From Armatimonadota bacterium (lineage in GTDB: Bacteria; Armatimonadota; UBA5829; DSUL01), in NCBI GenBank assembly GCA_039811685.1, contig JBDHZC010000002.1, forward strand, positions 416,001-480,000: a stretch of 64,000 nucleotides of DNA, in the 5' to 3' direction. The translations under genes were made by a program, and so were the position numbers. Below are positions 46,119 to 54,936 of the stretch, one piece after another. The notes below the pieces were generated by a model, which made no database searches, had not been told where the DNA came from, and saw only the letters and a list, made by a program, of their open reading frames with translations. The first letter of the stretch is position 1. Each line of letters opens with the position of its first letter.

Positions 46119-48176
46119 CTAGTCCACTCGGATCAGCTTCACGTAGTCAATACCCGCCATATAATTCTTCACCGCAGACGGGTTTGAACCGATCATTTCA
46201 ACACTCAGGCGATTGTCTCCCTCTCGAAGCTCGGCAGTCCCCAGCAAAAGCGCGCCTGTTGAGACGACGCGGGGGCCGTATAGATCCACCGGGCCTCCCA
46301 ATGGCTGGGCATTGATTGAGAACTGGACGATACCATAGTCCGGCGCCCGGGTCAGCGCTGCGACAATGTTGTACCGGCCAGCGGTCACAGCAGGCAGGGC
46401 GAGAACCAGGTGGTTGCCCGGCTGGTTGTCTCGCCACCAGAGCTGACGCAAGTTACTCCAGTCCTCCCCGAAACCGCCCATCGTCTGCGTATCCACCGTC
46501 CCCTGATGCTCAACAACTCTGAGCTGCTCACCTTCCAGAGCATTGTTCTCGCGATAGATTTTGACTGCGGGATACCAGTCTTTTCTGTCTTTCAGATGGC
46601 GTGAAGTATAGGGATCGCGCCCTGAGCTGTCCAGATACCAGTACACTGTATTTGCGTACAGGGTAGGGCGGTCATTGGCGAAGTACTTCTCGATAGCGGC
46701 TTCCAGAGAAGTGTGAAACGCCACACTGTCAGCGATCTGCCAGCGGTTTACAGCCACGTGCCCCGTGTTGTCTCCGTCGTTGCGGGTCTGATTGTGAAAG
46801 GCGTTGTGAAAGAGCTCCGGCGTGCACCAGGCGTAGCCGAAGTAGTCTTCCGAGCCAGTTCCGAATGTGCTGGGAAACTTCTCGCCGTCCACAAAGAACT
46901 TCTCGTCGCCTTCCCCCCACCACGCGCCTCTCGGATTCCAAATCTCAAGCGCCGTGCCGACGAAGCGGCCTCTGCCCTGTGTTCTCAGCATCGTCCAGTC
47001 AATGGCGCGCTCTGGCTCTGAGGGTAGAAAAGCGTCCCTGTGCCATTTGGCGTGAAAGAGCGCGCTTCCGGCTTCCTCTGCGCGAAGCGGGCGAGAGGTT
47101 ATCTCCACATGGATCTGCGGCGCATCGGCAAGCGAGCTTGAGAGTTTCACTTCCGCGCGTCTGGTGAAGGGCATTGCCCAGAAGCTGTAGAGGGTATCCC
47201 CCGAAATCCCCATCGGCAGGGACAGGTAGCTGTTCAGCCCCGGTCCTCCACCGAAAAAGTCTCCAAGCGGCGCGAGTACCTCCGGCGCCAGGCCGCCATC
47301 AAAGTTGATGGACAAAACAGCATCGCGTAAAAACGCGCTCGCCTTTTCGGGCTCCATGTCCGGGAGAATGACTTTCAGAGAAGTGATGAGCTGTGCGCCT
47401 TTGAGATCTGCGACAACTGTGTCTTTTCCCGGCGTGCCCGCCCATCGCAGCAGTCTCGATTCCGGCCTGTCCTTTCGTGGCAGGAACTGCCGTGGGTCTT
47501 CTCCCAGGTGTCCGGTCAGATAGTCGTTGACAGCCTCCAGAGCTTGCGTGTCCTTCATGGAGAGATCCATCCGGAACGTCGGCAGCCGGGTTCCCTTCGG
47601 ATAAGTAGTGTAGGTGAACTGGTAGTAGTTGCCCCAGCCTTTGTCCGCTTCGATCCGGCAACTCTTATTGAACGGAATCGGGACGTAGTTGTTCAGCCCC
47701 TTCGCCACCTCATGCACCAGAGCCGGATAGTTGAACGGAGATGTGCTCCCGTTGAAGTAGTCCTTGAAGGGCAGGTCTACGGCGGGAGTGGAACTTCCGT
47801 CCAGGAAGATGCGGACGTGCCCATCGCCCGCCTGCGCGGACCATGTCCGCCAGATGCATCCCGGCCCCTCAATCTCCGCCATGACGGAGATATCCCCCTC
47901 GTGGCGCACCATACCGGCGTTATCTCCATTGGCGTCCCAGTTGATGTATTTGCCTGTAGCCTCGTCGTAGCGGCTGGCGCGGTCGTAGCTGGAGGCCTGC
48001 GCGGTCTTTTCTCCCGCAGGCGGAAGCTCGGCGAGGCGGTCCAGATCAATCATCCGGTAAACCAGGTCTGAATAGGACAGCTTTTCAGCCGGCGCCGCGC
48101 CGCCGGACAGCCCGGCGAACCCGCACAAGGACATAGCCAGCGTGAGGCTACAGAGGACTCTGGAAGTGCGCTTCAT
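46119..48176 (-). CDS. Secreted DUF2961 (GH172-like) glycoside hydrolase
   Basis: Signal peptide, SSYDRAS, GPGCIWRTW, WWGEGDEKFFVDGE, GTGSEDYF; C-terminal beta-sandwich ending IDYVKL. Confidence 0.85.
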   Translation of the reverse strand: MKRTSRVLCSLTLAMSLCGFAGLSGGAAPAEKLSYSDLVYRMIDLDRLAELPPAGEKTAQASSYDRASRYDEATGKYINWDANGDNAGMVRHEGDISVMAEIEGPGCIWRTWSAQAGDGHVRIFLDGSSTPAVDLPFKDYFNGSTSPFNYPALVHEVAKGLNNYVPIPFNKSCRIEADKGWGNYYQFTYTTYPKGTRLPTFRMDLSMKDTQALEAVNDYLTGHLGEDPRQFLPRKDRPESRLLRWAGTPGKDTVVADLKGAQLITSLKVILPDMEPEKASAFLRDAVLSINFDGGLAPEVLAPLGDFFGGGPGLNSYLSLPMGISGDTLYSFWAMPFTRRAEVKLSSSLADAPQIHVEITSRPLRAEEAGSALFHAKWHRDAFLPSEPERAIDWTMLRTQGRGRFVGTALEIWNPRGAWWGEGDEKFFVDGEKFPSTFGTGSEDYFGYAWCTPELFHNAFHNQTRNDGDNTGHVAVNRWQIADSVAFHTSLEAAIEKYFANDRPTLYANTVYWYLDSSGRDPYTSRHLKDRKDWYPAVKIYRENNALEGEQLRVVEHQGTVDTQTMGGFGEDWSNLRQLWWRDNQPGNHLVLALPAVTAGRYNIVAALTRAPDYGIVQFSINAQPLGGPVDLYGPRVVSTGALLLGTAELREGDNRLSVEMIGSNPSAVKNYMAGIDYVKLIRVD

Positions 48177-48290
48177 CGTGAATATCTCCTGCGTTTGGAA
48201 TGCCGACATCTTCGGCAGGAGAGATGATGCGCCCTCCCTCACGCGCGCGGGCTTTGTGCGTGGAATAATCTCCCGGAGGTCCCGCAGGCT

Positions 48291-48980
48291 ATGCCAGACA
48301 ATCCAGCCCTTTCGTTCACAACCCTGTACGCCGCTGCCGTGGTCTGCGCGGCCATGTGGTACGGATGGTCCATCGTCCAGGCAATGCGGCGGCGCACCGA
48401 GATCGCAGGCTGGGCGCTTGCCAGCGGCTACAGCTATTCACGAGACGATTTTGACAACCTACCCGTCAACTACGGCTGGTTCAGCGAATTGCAGACGCGC
48501 CAGGAATGCTATGCGTCCAACGTCGTTTCGGGTAAGTACGGAGAGCGGAGCTTCAGGGTATTTGACTTCAATCTGGTAGCGCGCTCCAACAGCGGCTTGA
48601 AGCGCACGACAGCCAGCATGACAGTGCTGATCATGGATGCGCAAGTGGCCTTTCCACCGATGCGCATCCGCCCGGAGCGGACCACAGACCGGCTTGCGGG
48701 AGCGGCGGGTTTCGACGATATTGATTTTGAATCCCATGAGTTCAGCCAGCAATTTTACGTGCAGTGCTCTGACCGCAAGTTCGCCTACGATCTGATCCAT
48801 CCACGTATGATGGAGTATCTGCTTGAGCACAAAGGGCCGCGGCTGGAGCTGGCGGCGGGCAGCGTTCTGGCGATTACCGGAACACTGTGGACAAGCCGGG
48901 AGTGCGAGCGCGTGCTGGAGTTCGCCGCCGGGTTTTTTGAGCTGATTCCGGAGTATCTCATGCAATGTCACTCTACATAA
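48291..48980 (+). CDS. Single-TM hypothetical protein (DUF3137-like), paralogue A
   Basis: GGAGG RBS; DIDFESHEFSQQFYVQCSDRKFAYDLIHPRMMEYLL. Confidence 0.7.
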   Translation: MPDNPALSFTTLYAAAVVCAAMWYGWSIVQAMRRRTEIAGWALASGYSYSRDDFDNLPVNYGWFSELQTRQECYASNVVSGKYGERSFRVFDFNLVARSNSGLKRTTASMTVLIMDAQVAFPPMRIRPERTTDRLAGAAGFDDIDFESHEFSQQFYVQCSDRKFAYDLIHPRMMEYLLEHKGPRLELAAGSVLAITGTLWTSRECERVLEFAAGFFELIPEYLMQCHST

Positions 48981-49900
48981 CCGAAGAGGAAGTCGCGGGC
49001 GCGCTGGATATACCCAGCGCAATCGAAGCAGTTGAGCGCGCTATGATCCAGCTTGCCTCAGGCGAAGCCCGCGTGATTGTCCGCAGGCGGGCGCGCACAC
49101 GGGGCGGGCTGTTTCATCTGCTTGCGGGGGCGTCTGAAGCGGACGGTGTACACGGCCTGAAAGCCTACACCACGGGCAAGGGCGGCGCGCGCTTTTACGT
49201 GTTCTTGTTCAACAGCGCAGGTGAGCTTGAGGCCACCATCGAGGCGGACCATCTGGGGCGCATGCGCACAGGCGCGGCCAGCGGGGTGGCGACGCGGTAT
49301 CTCTCAAGACCGGACGCGCGGCGTCTGCTGATCATAGGCTCGGGACAGCAGGCTACGGCGCAGGTGATGGCCGTAGCGCACGTGCGGCCTGTAGAGCAGG
49401 TGGAAGTGTGGAGCCGGACGGAGGAGCACCGCGAACGCTTTGCGCATCAGTTGAGCAAAGAAGCCGGGCTTGACGCAAGGGCCGTCAGCGATCCGCAGTT
49501 TGCGGCCCTTCACTGCGATATTATCACCACTGTCACGACCGCCATTGAACCTGTTCTTGAAGCGGACTGGATCAGCCCTGGCACGCACATTAACGCCTGT
49601 GGCTCCAACAGTCTGAAGCGCGTTGAGCTGGACCCATTCGTTCTGGAGAAGGCGGACTGTGTGTGTGCGGATCTGATGGAACAGGCGCGTCTGGAATCCG
49701 GCGATATGGCTAACGCGGAGCAGGCAGGAGTGTTTCACTGGGAAGAAGCGGTGGAGCTGGCCAATGTTGTGAGCGGGCGCTTCCAGGGCCGCAGCTCGCC
49801 GGAAGACATCACGCTGTTTGAATCGCATGGCCTTGGAATCTGGGACGTAGCGTGCGCAAAGGTGGTAGTGGATCGGATCAGGGGCGAACGTACTGGCTGA
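48965..49900 (+). CDS. Ornithine cyclodeaminase/mu-crystallin family protein
   Basis: MRTGAASGVAT, IGSGQQA, GTHINACG, FESHGLGIWD. Confidence 0.92.
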   Translation: MSLYITEEEVAGALDIPSAIEAVERAMIQLASGEARVIVRRRARTRGGLFHLLAGASEADGVHGLKAYTTGKGGARFYVFLFNSAGELEATIEADHLGRMRTGAASGVATRYLSRPDARRLLIIGSGQQATAQVMAVAHVRPVEQVEVWSRTEEHRERFAHQLSKEAGLDARAVSDPQFAALHCDIITTVTTAIEPVLEADWISPGTHINACGSNSLKRVELDPFVLEKADCVCADLMEQARLESGDMANAEQAGVFHWEEAVELANVVSGRFQGRSSPEDITLFESHGLGIWDVACAKVVVDRIRGERTG

Positions 49901-50020
49901 AAACACACAGGCAGGTTATTGCCTCCGGCGGGCTTCAGCCGGTAACATCCTTCTGGAGCCGTGGCAGGTGACGGTGAGGCTCCGCTGGTTCCAATTTTAC
50001 CGGGCTGAAGGGAAGCGCAG

Positions 50021-51343
50021 ATGATCAAGATTGCAATGATCGGGGCGGGTAGCGTGGGCTTCACGCGACGGCTGCTGATGGATATTCTGGCTGTTGCTGA
50101 GTTGCGTGACACACAGTTCTACCTTATGGACATTGATCCCGAGGCGCTGGAGATGTCCGCCAATCTGTGTGGCAAGATGATCGCAGACAACGAGCTTGCG
50201 GCCCGGGTTGTCTCCACAACGGACCGGGGGCAGGCGCTGGACGGCGCGGACTATGTGATCACGATGATCCGCGTGGGAGGTCTGGAGGCTTTCGCCAAAG
50301 ATATCGAAATCCCACTGAGGCACGGCGTGGATCAGTGCGTTGGAGACACGCTGGGCCCGGGTGGCATTTTTTACGCCCTCCGCACCATTCCGGTGCTCCT
50401 TGAGATCGCCTCTGACATCGAGCGGCTGTGTCCGGGCGCGTTGTGGCTGAACTACTCCAACCCGATGGCGATGAACTGCTGGGCGGTGCGCCGGGCAAGC
50501 AGCGCACAGATTGTGGGGCTGTGTCACGGGGTGCAGGGCGGCGCGCACCAGATAGCGACTGCGCTCGGAGTGCCGGATGCGGAGCTTGAATACGTCTGCG
50601 CGGGCATCAATCATCAGACGTGGTTCATCAAGGTTGCGCACAAGGGCAGGGATTTGACAGGACGCGTGCTGGAGGGCTTCAAGAACAACGCCGACCTGAT
50701 GAAGCACGAGCCGCTGCGCATTGATGTACTGGAGCGCTTCGGATACTACTCGACCGAGTCAAACGGGCACCTCTCCGAATATCTGCCCTGGTACCGCAAG
50801 GGCGGTAAGGAACAGATTGACCGCTGGACGGACTACTCTACATGGATTGGCGGGGAGACGGGTGGCTATTTGCGTTGCTGCAGGGAGAGCCAGGACGACT
50901 ACCGCAAGAACTACCCCCGGTGGCTTTCCGGAGAGCTGGAGCAGATCAAGCTCGGAGAGCGCTCACACGAGCACGGTTCGTACATCATTGAAGCGCTGGA
51001 GACGGGGCGCCGTTACTGGGGCTGCTTCAACGTGGAGAACACAGGGCTGATCACCAACCTTCCCGACGGCTGCACGGTGGAACTGCCCTGCATTGTGGAC
51101 TCAACCGGGATTCATCCCACACATGTAGGCGATCTCCCGCTTCAGTGCGCCGCAACGTGCCGCGCGTCCATCAGCGCGCAGGAGATGGCGGTGGAGGCGG
51201 CGCTGACAGGAGACCGCGATCTAGTGAAGCTGGCGGTTTTGCACGATCCACTGACTTCCGCTCTCTTGACGCCGGAGCAGGTGTGGGAGATGTGCGATGA
51301 AATGTTTGCGCAAATGAGCCCATGGCTGCCTCAATTCAGGTGA
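50021..51343 (+). CDS. melA: Glycoside hydrolase family 4 alpha-galactosidase
   Basis: KIAMIGAGS, DTLGPGG, LNYSNPM, GLCHG, AGINH, TESNGHLSEY. Confidence 0.9.
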   Translation: MIKIAMIGAGSVGFTRRLLMDILAVAELRDTQFYLMDIDPEALEMSANLCGKMIADNELAARVVSTTDRGQALDGADYVITMIRVGGLEAFAKDIEIPLRHGVDQCVGDTLGPGGIFYALRTIPVLLEIASDIERLCPGALWLNYSNPMAMNCWAVRRASSAQIVGLCHGVQGGAHQIATALGVPDAELEYVCAGINHQTWFIKVAHKGRDLTGRVLEGFKNNADLMKHEPLRIDVLERFGYYSTESNGHLSEYLPWYRKGGKEQIDRWTDYSTWIGGETGGYLRCCRESQDDYRKNYPRWLSGELEQIKLGERSHEHGSYIIEALETGRRYWGCFNVENTGLITNLPDGCTVELPCIVDSTGIHPTHVGDLPLQCAATCRASISAQEMAVEAALTGDRDLVKLAVLHDPLTSALLTPEQVWEMCDEMFAQMSPWLPQFR

Positions 51344-51390
51344 GCTCGAAAAAGCGCCCTATTCGAGTGTGAGGCGGTGTAAAGGCCGCG

Positions 51391-54033
51391 CTACTGAAGC
51401 GCAGGCGTCTGTCCCCACTGAAACACCTTCACTTCGTAGGGCGCGAAAATGAACGAGAGTGTGTTGTTCACTGGAGTGACAATGCCGCCACCGAAAGGCT
51501 GAGAAAGAGAAGCTGCGGGCAGCGCCGGCAACATAAGCGTGCTGGTGACGGCATAGGGCTGCAGGTTCATGGCCATGATCAGGCCGGACTCACCCACCTG
51601 AATCCCGCGAGTCTGTATGCTGGGATCGCTCTGTCCGACGGCGAACTCCCGACCGGGCAAGAGAAAGAACGGGCTGAGCTGTTTGAGCTCTGCAACCAGA
51701 GTTTTCACTTCAGCCCAAAGATCAGGGTACTGCGGCTTGAATGAGAAGAAAAGGATTCCGGTCGCGTGGTGAGTCATGGCCAGGTACGTCATTGCCCGCG
51801 CCTGATCCGGGGTTGGAAGCGCCCACTTTCCGCCCTCGGTCTCCGGGCCGCCAAACACCTGAATCGCCGGCCACACTGGATATCCGAGGCCGTGAATGGC
51901 GTGGACGCGGTCTATGTGAGAAGCCATCGGCCAGATGGACGCCGGTCCAGGAGCGGTGAGCGGATAGACGTCTGACATGACGAAGTCTTCGGCGTTGGCA
52001 TAGTTGGAGAGCGCATCGTAGAGGAAGTGAGCCATCCCAATCGGATGCGAAGGATCAATGCCCTTGACACGCTGGTACTCCTGAAGCGCGGTTTCGGGAG
52101 AGATGCCGTGGCCTTCAGGCTCGTCATACAGATACCACGCCAGAATCGCCGGATCGTTCTTGATAGCCAGCCAGTCCGGTGTGGCGTACGGAACAGCCAT
52201 AAGGCCAAGGTTGTGCAGGGACGGGGTATCCGCGCCTGTCACGGCGTACAGAACCGTATTGAAACCCTGGTTCACAACCTCCTGCTGCGTGTAGCTGGAC
52301 CAGTCGTAAAGAAATACTCCGAGCGGGAAGAAGGGTTCACCTTCGACGAGCGCTACGCCGTCCGGACTGAAGCGCGTGTGCAGTGTTGTTCCAGGCACGC
52401 CTTCCACCAGTATGCCGTCGTAGGCCCCGTTCTGGTTGGTGTCTACGAAGATCTCATTCGGATCCCAAAAACCATTTGCGTTGGAGTCTATGAACGGCTC
52501 GGATAGCGCGCGAATGACGCGCACGTTGCGGATATAGTTGCCGGAGGGTCCCTGAGGAGCGCCGGCCTCTGCCTGTGAAACTGAGCCCGAAATGCCTGTG
52601 ATCCGCAGAAAGCGCCCGCTGAGGCCGCCAAGCGGAACGTCCGGCGGGACCAGCACCCGGATGCCGGCTGGAGGCGCTGCGCCGCCAGGCAGCGCGGAGC
52701 CGTCCCGCACCTTTGAGCCGTCGTCAATGATGAGTACGCGCGCGGTATTGTCCGCCCAGACGACTTTTCCCCACACACGCACGAGGCGTCCGACGTTGCT
52801 CAGGCCCACTGCGTCAAGCTGATCATAACCGCCAGTTGCGCCATTTGAGCCCGCCCATACGGCAGGCTGGAATGGATAGCCATCCGTGTCTATGGGTCCT
52901 TCCGGCGGCTGTGGAAAGGCTGAGCCTCCGGCATCGCGATTTGACACCCCAAGCGCTGTGGGGAGCGGGAACGTGCCGATCTCCTGAACAATGGAGGATG
53001 CGTTGATCTCGCGCTCGCCATTACGCAGCACCTGTACACCGTTGTCGCTTGCGCGCTGGCTTGTTCCGAGTACGCTGATGCGGTCGCCCTGCCGGACGCT
53101 GACGGAGGTTCGCACACGGATTCCCCCGCTGTCGTCCTGGATGTAGCAGAACGGCTTCCCAAGCTGATCCGTGCCCGCTGTCACAACCTTCTGAACAATC
53201 TGAAGCTGTGTGTTCTTCGGCGTCGTTTTGGCGTCATAAACGGATGAGGCGACCGGCACACTGGCCGTAACGCTGACATTGTCAATGAACAGATCTGCGC
53301 TGGCGTCGCCGACCTTGTTGGATGTGAAGAACGTAATTCCGGCCAGAGAGTCCACCCGCTCACCGGGGGTTGTGCGCACAAAAGGCACACCACCGGGAGG
53401 GGTGACTTCGGCGAGACTTCCCCCACGAGGGCCAAAGAAGACTTTATAGGTCTGAGTCTGAGCGTAAGCTTCAAGGCGCACGGTGTACCAGGTGTCAGCG
53501 TTGAAGGTGACCAGAGGATTTGTCAGTTCGTAGCTACCAGCGCCGACGGTGATCTGCTGGTAGGCCAGCGCGCCCGGGCTGGGGCTGCTGGTATAGGCTC
53601 CGTCTCCCTGAAACAGTACGGTGGCGGCCCAGCTGGGACCTGAGGTGGGGGTTCCGCCGTTTGTGAGGCGCATGGCGAAGGCCGCGTGTATTGAAGAGAG
53701 CTTCACATCAGCTCTGGCGGCACAGCTTCCGAATGCGCAGCGCGGAAAAGCGCGAAAGAGCGTGTTGTTGGCGGTGGTGGCGCCGTTGTCGTCGTGAAAC
53801 TGGACCAGCCGGGTTGCGTTGCCGGAAGTTCCGCTGACAACCACCGCGCTTGTCCCTGAAATATTGCCCGCCAGAGACCAGCCGTCCGGCCTGGCTCCGG
53901 GCGTTGAGCTTTCAAAGTCGTCGCTGAGAAGAACAGAGCCCGTAGCGGCTAAAACCGGCTCCGCCAGCACTGCCAGAGTCATCAACAGCGCTGCAATACG
54001 GGGAATTGCTTTGAAAACGGAGGAGTCGTTCAT
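51391..54033 (-). CDS. Secreted multidomain protein: lectin-like beta-sandwich, tandem OB-fold-like module, Ca-binding repeats, GH-A-like TIM barrel
   Basis: Signal peptide, SDDFES..., YIQDDSGGIRV/IIDDGS module, DSNANGFWDPNE repeats, GFNTV and AWYLYDEP catalytic-like motif. Confidence 0.7.
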   Translation of the reverse strand: MNDSSVFKAIPRIAALLMTLAVLAEPVLAATGSVLLSDDFESSTPGARPDGWSLAGNISGTSAVVVSGTSGNATRLVQFHDDNGATTANNTLFRAFPRCAFGSCAARADVKLSSIHAAFAMRLTNGGTPTSGPSWAATVLFQGDGAYTSSPSPGALAYQQITVGAGSYELTNPLVTFNADTWYTVRLEAYAQTQTYKVFFGPRGGSLAEVTPPGGVPFVRTTPGERVDSLAGITFFTSNKVGDASADLFIDNVSVTASVPVASSVYDAKTTPKNTQLQIVQKVVTAGTDQLGKPFCYIQDDSGGIRVRTSVSVRQGDRISVLGTSQRASDNGVQVLRNGEREINASSIVQEIGTFPLPTALGVSNRDAGGSAFPQPPEGPIDTDGYPFQPAVWAGSNGATGGYDQLDAVGLSNVGRLVRVWGKVVWADNTARVLIIDDGSKVRDGSALPGGAAPPAGIRVLVPPDVPLGGLSGRFLRITGISGSVSQAEAGAPQGPSGNYIRNVRVIRALSEPFIDSNANGFWDPNEIFVDTNQNGAYDGILVEGVPGTTLHTRFSPDGVALVEGEPFFPLGVFLYDWSSYTQQEVVNQGFNTVLYAVTGADTPSLHNLGLMAVPYATPDWLAIKNDPAILAWYLYDEPEGHGISPETALQEYQRVKGIDPSHPIGMAHFLYDALSNYANAEDFVMSDVYPLTAPGPASIWPMASHIDRVHAIHGLGYPVWPAIQVFGGPETEGGKWALPTPDQARAMTYLAMTHHATGILFFSFKPQYPDLWAEVKTLVAELKQLSPFFLLPGREFAVGQSDPSIQTRGIQVGESGLIMAMNLQPYAVTSTLMLPALPAASLSQPFGGGIVTPVNNTLSFIFAPYEVKVFQWGQTPALQ

Positions 54034-54093
54034 TTTCAAGGGAGCGCGCGACAACAATGAGCGCTGCTTCTTTAATTGTAGCACGCACCTGGA

Positions 54094-54825
54094 CTACGCG
54101 GAACCCGATGACTGCATCTGTTGTTTCAGATACTCTGGAAGAAGCTCCAGGAAACCTTGCGCAAAGTCAATAGCAGCCCTGAACTTCTCAACGCTGAAAT
54201 CACTGCCGTCGCAGACCAGGAGCGCACTCTGGCGTATCTCCAGGCTCCAGCCGATCCGTGCCAGCAGAAACTCCATCATGCGCGGATGGACGATATCGTA
54301 AGCGAACTTCTTGTCAGAACATTGGACATGGAAGGCGCGGTTGAACTCATCGGACTCAAAGTCGATGTCTTCAAAGCCGATAACCTCCGCTATGCGGTCA
54401 AAGAAGTTTTCCGGCCGGATGACAATGGGTTGGAAGAGATAACCGGTGTCACACACAATAGCCGAAAAGGTGTGGCGGGCCTGTCTGGTCCCAGACACAC
54501 TCGTTGAGCTCACGGTTCCCTCAGTGGTGTAGTAGGTGTAATCGAAAGCCTTGACTTCCACGTCTCCGAGACGGCCGTGGATGACGTTACGCGCGCTGCG
54601 GCGGTGTCCCTGGGCAAGAGCTCCGAAGTATTTGTACCTTTCCTCGATTTGGAAGGGATCTTCCACAGACCACTCTAGCCTGAGAAACGCTGCCAGAGCC
54701 GCCATAGTCTCACGCCGCTTAGTCTCTGCCAGAGACGCAAATACTGTCACGACGGCGAAAACGACGGCAGCGACGACACACGCGGCGGCAAATATCGCGA
54801 ACGGGTCCGGATAATCCGAGGGCAT
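54094..54825 (-). CDS. Single-TM hypothetical protein (DUF3137-like), paralogue B
   Basis: DIDFESDEFNRAFHVQCSDKKFAYDIVHPRMMEFLL; the ORF-track extension to 55770 is antisense to valS. Confidence 0.7.
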   Translation of the reverse strand: MPSDYPDPFAIFAAACVVAAVVFAVVTVFASLAETKRRETMAALAAFLRLEWSVEDPFQIEERYKYFGALAQGHRRSARNVIHGRLGDVEVKAFDYTYYTTEGTVSSTSVSGTRQARHTFSAIVCDTGYLFQPIVIRPENFFDRIAEVIGFEDIDFESDEFNRAFHVQCSDKKFAYDIVHPRMMEFLLARIGWSLEIRQSALLVCDGSDFSVEKFRAAIDFAQGFLELLPEYLKQQMQSSGSA

Positions 54826-54936
54826 TGGAGGTCTCATAGATGAGAGCTTCAACACCAGCCGACCCCTTCCTGCCAAAGGTGGCCGGACGAGCTGCGCTTG
54901 CAGGTGTGCGCTGCCAGAATGTATCCTCCCTGTGAT

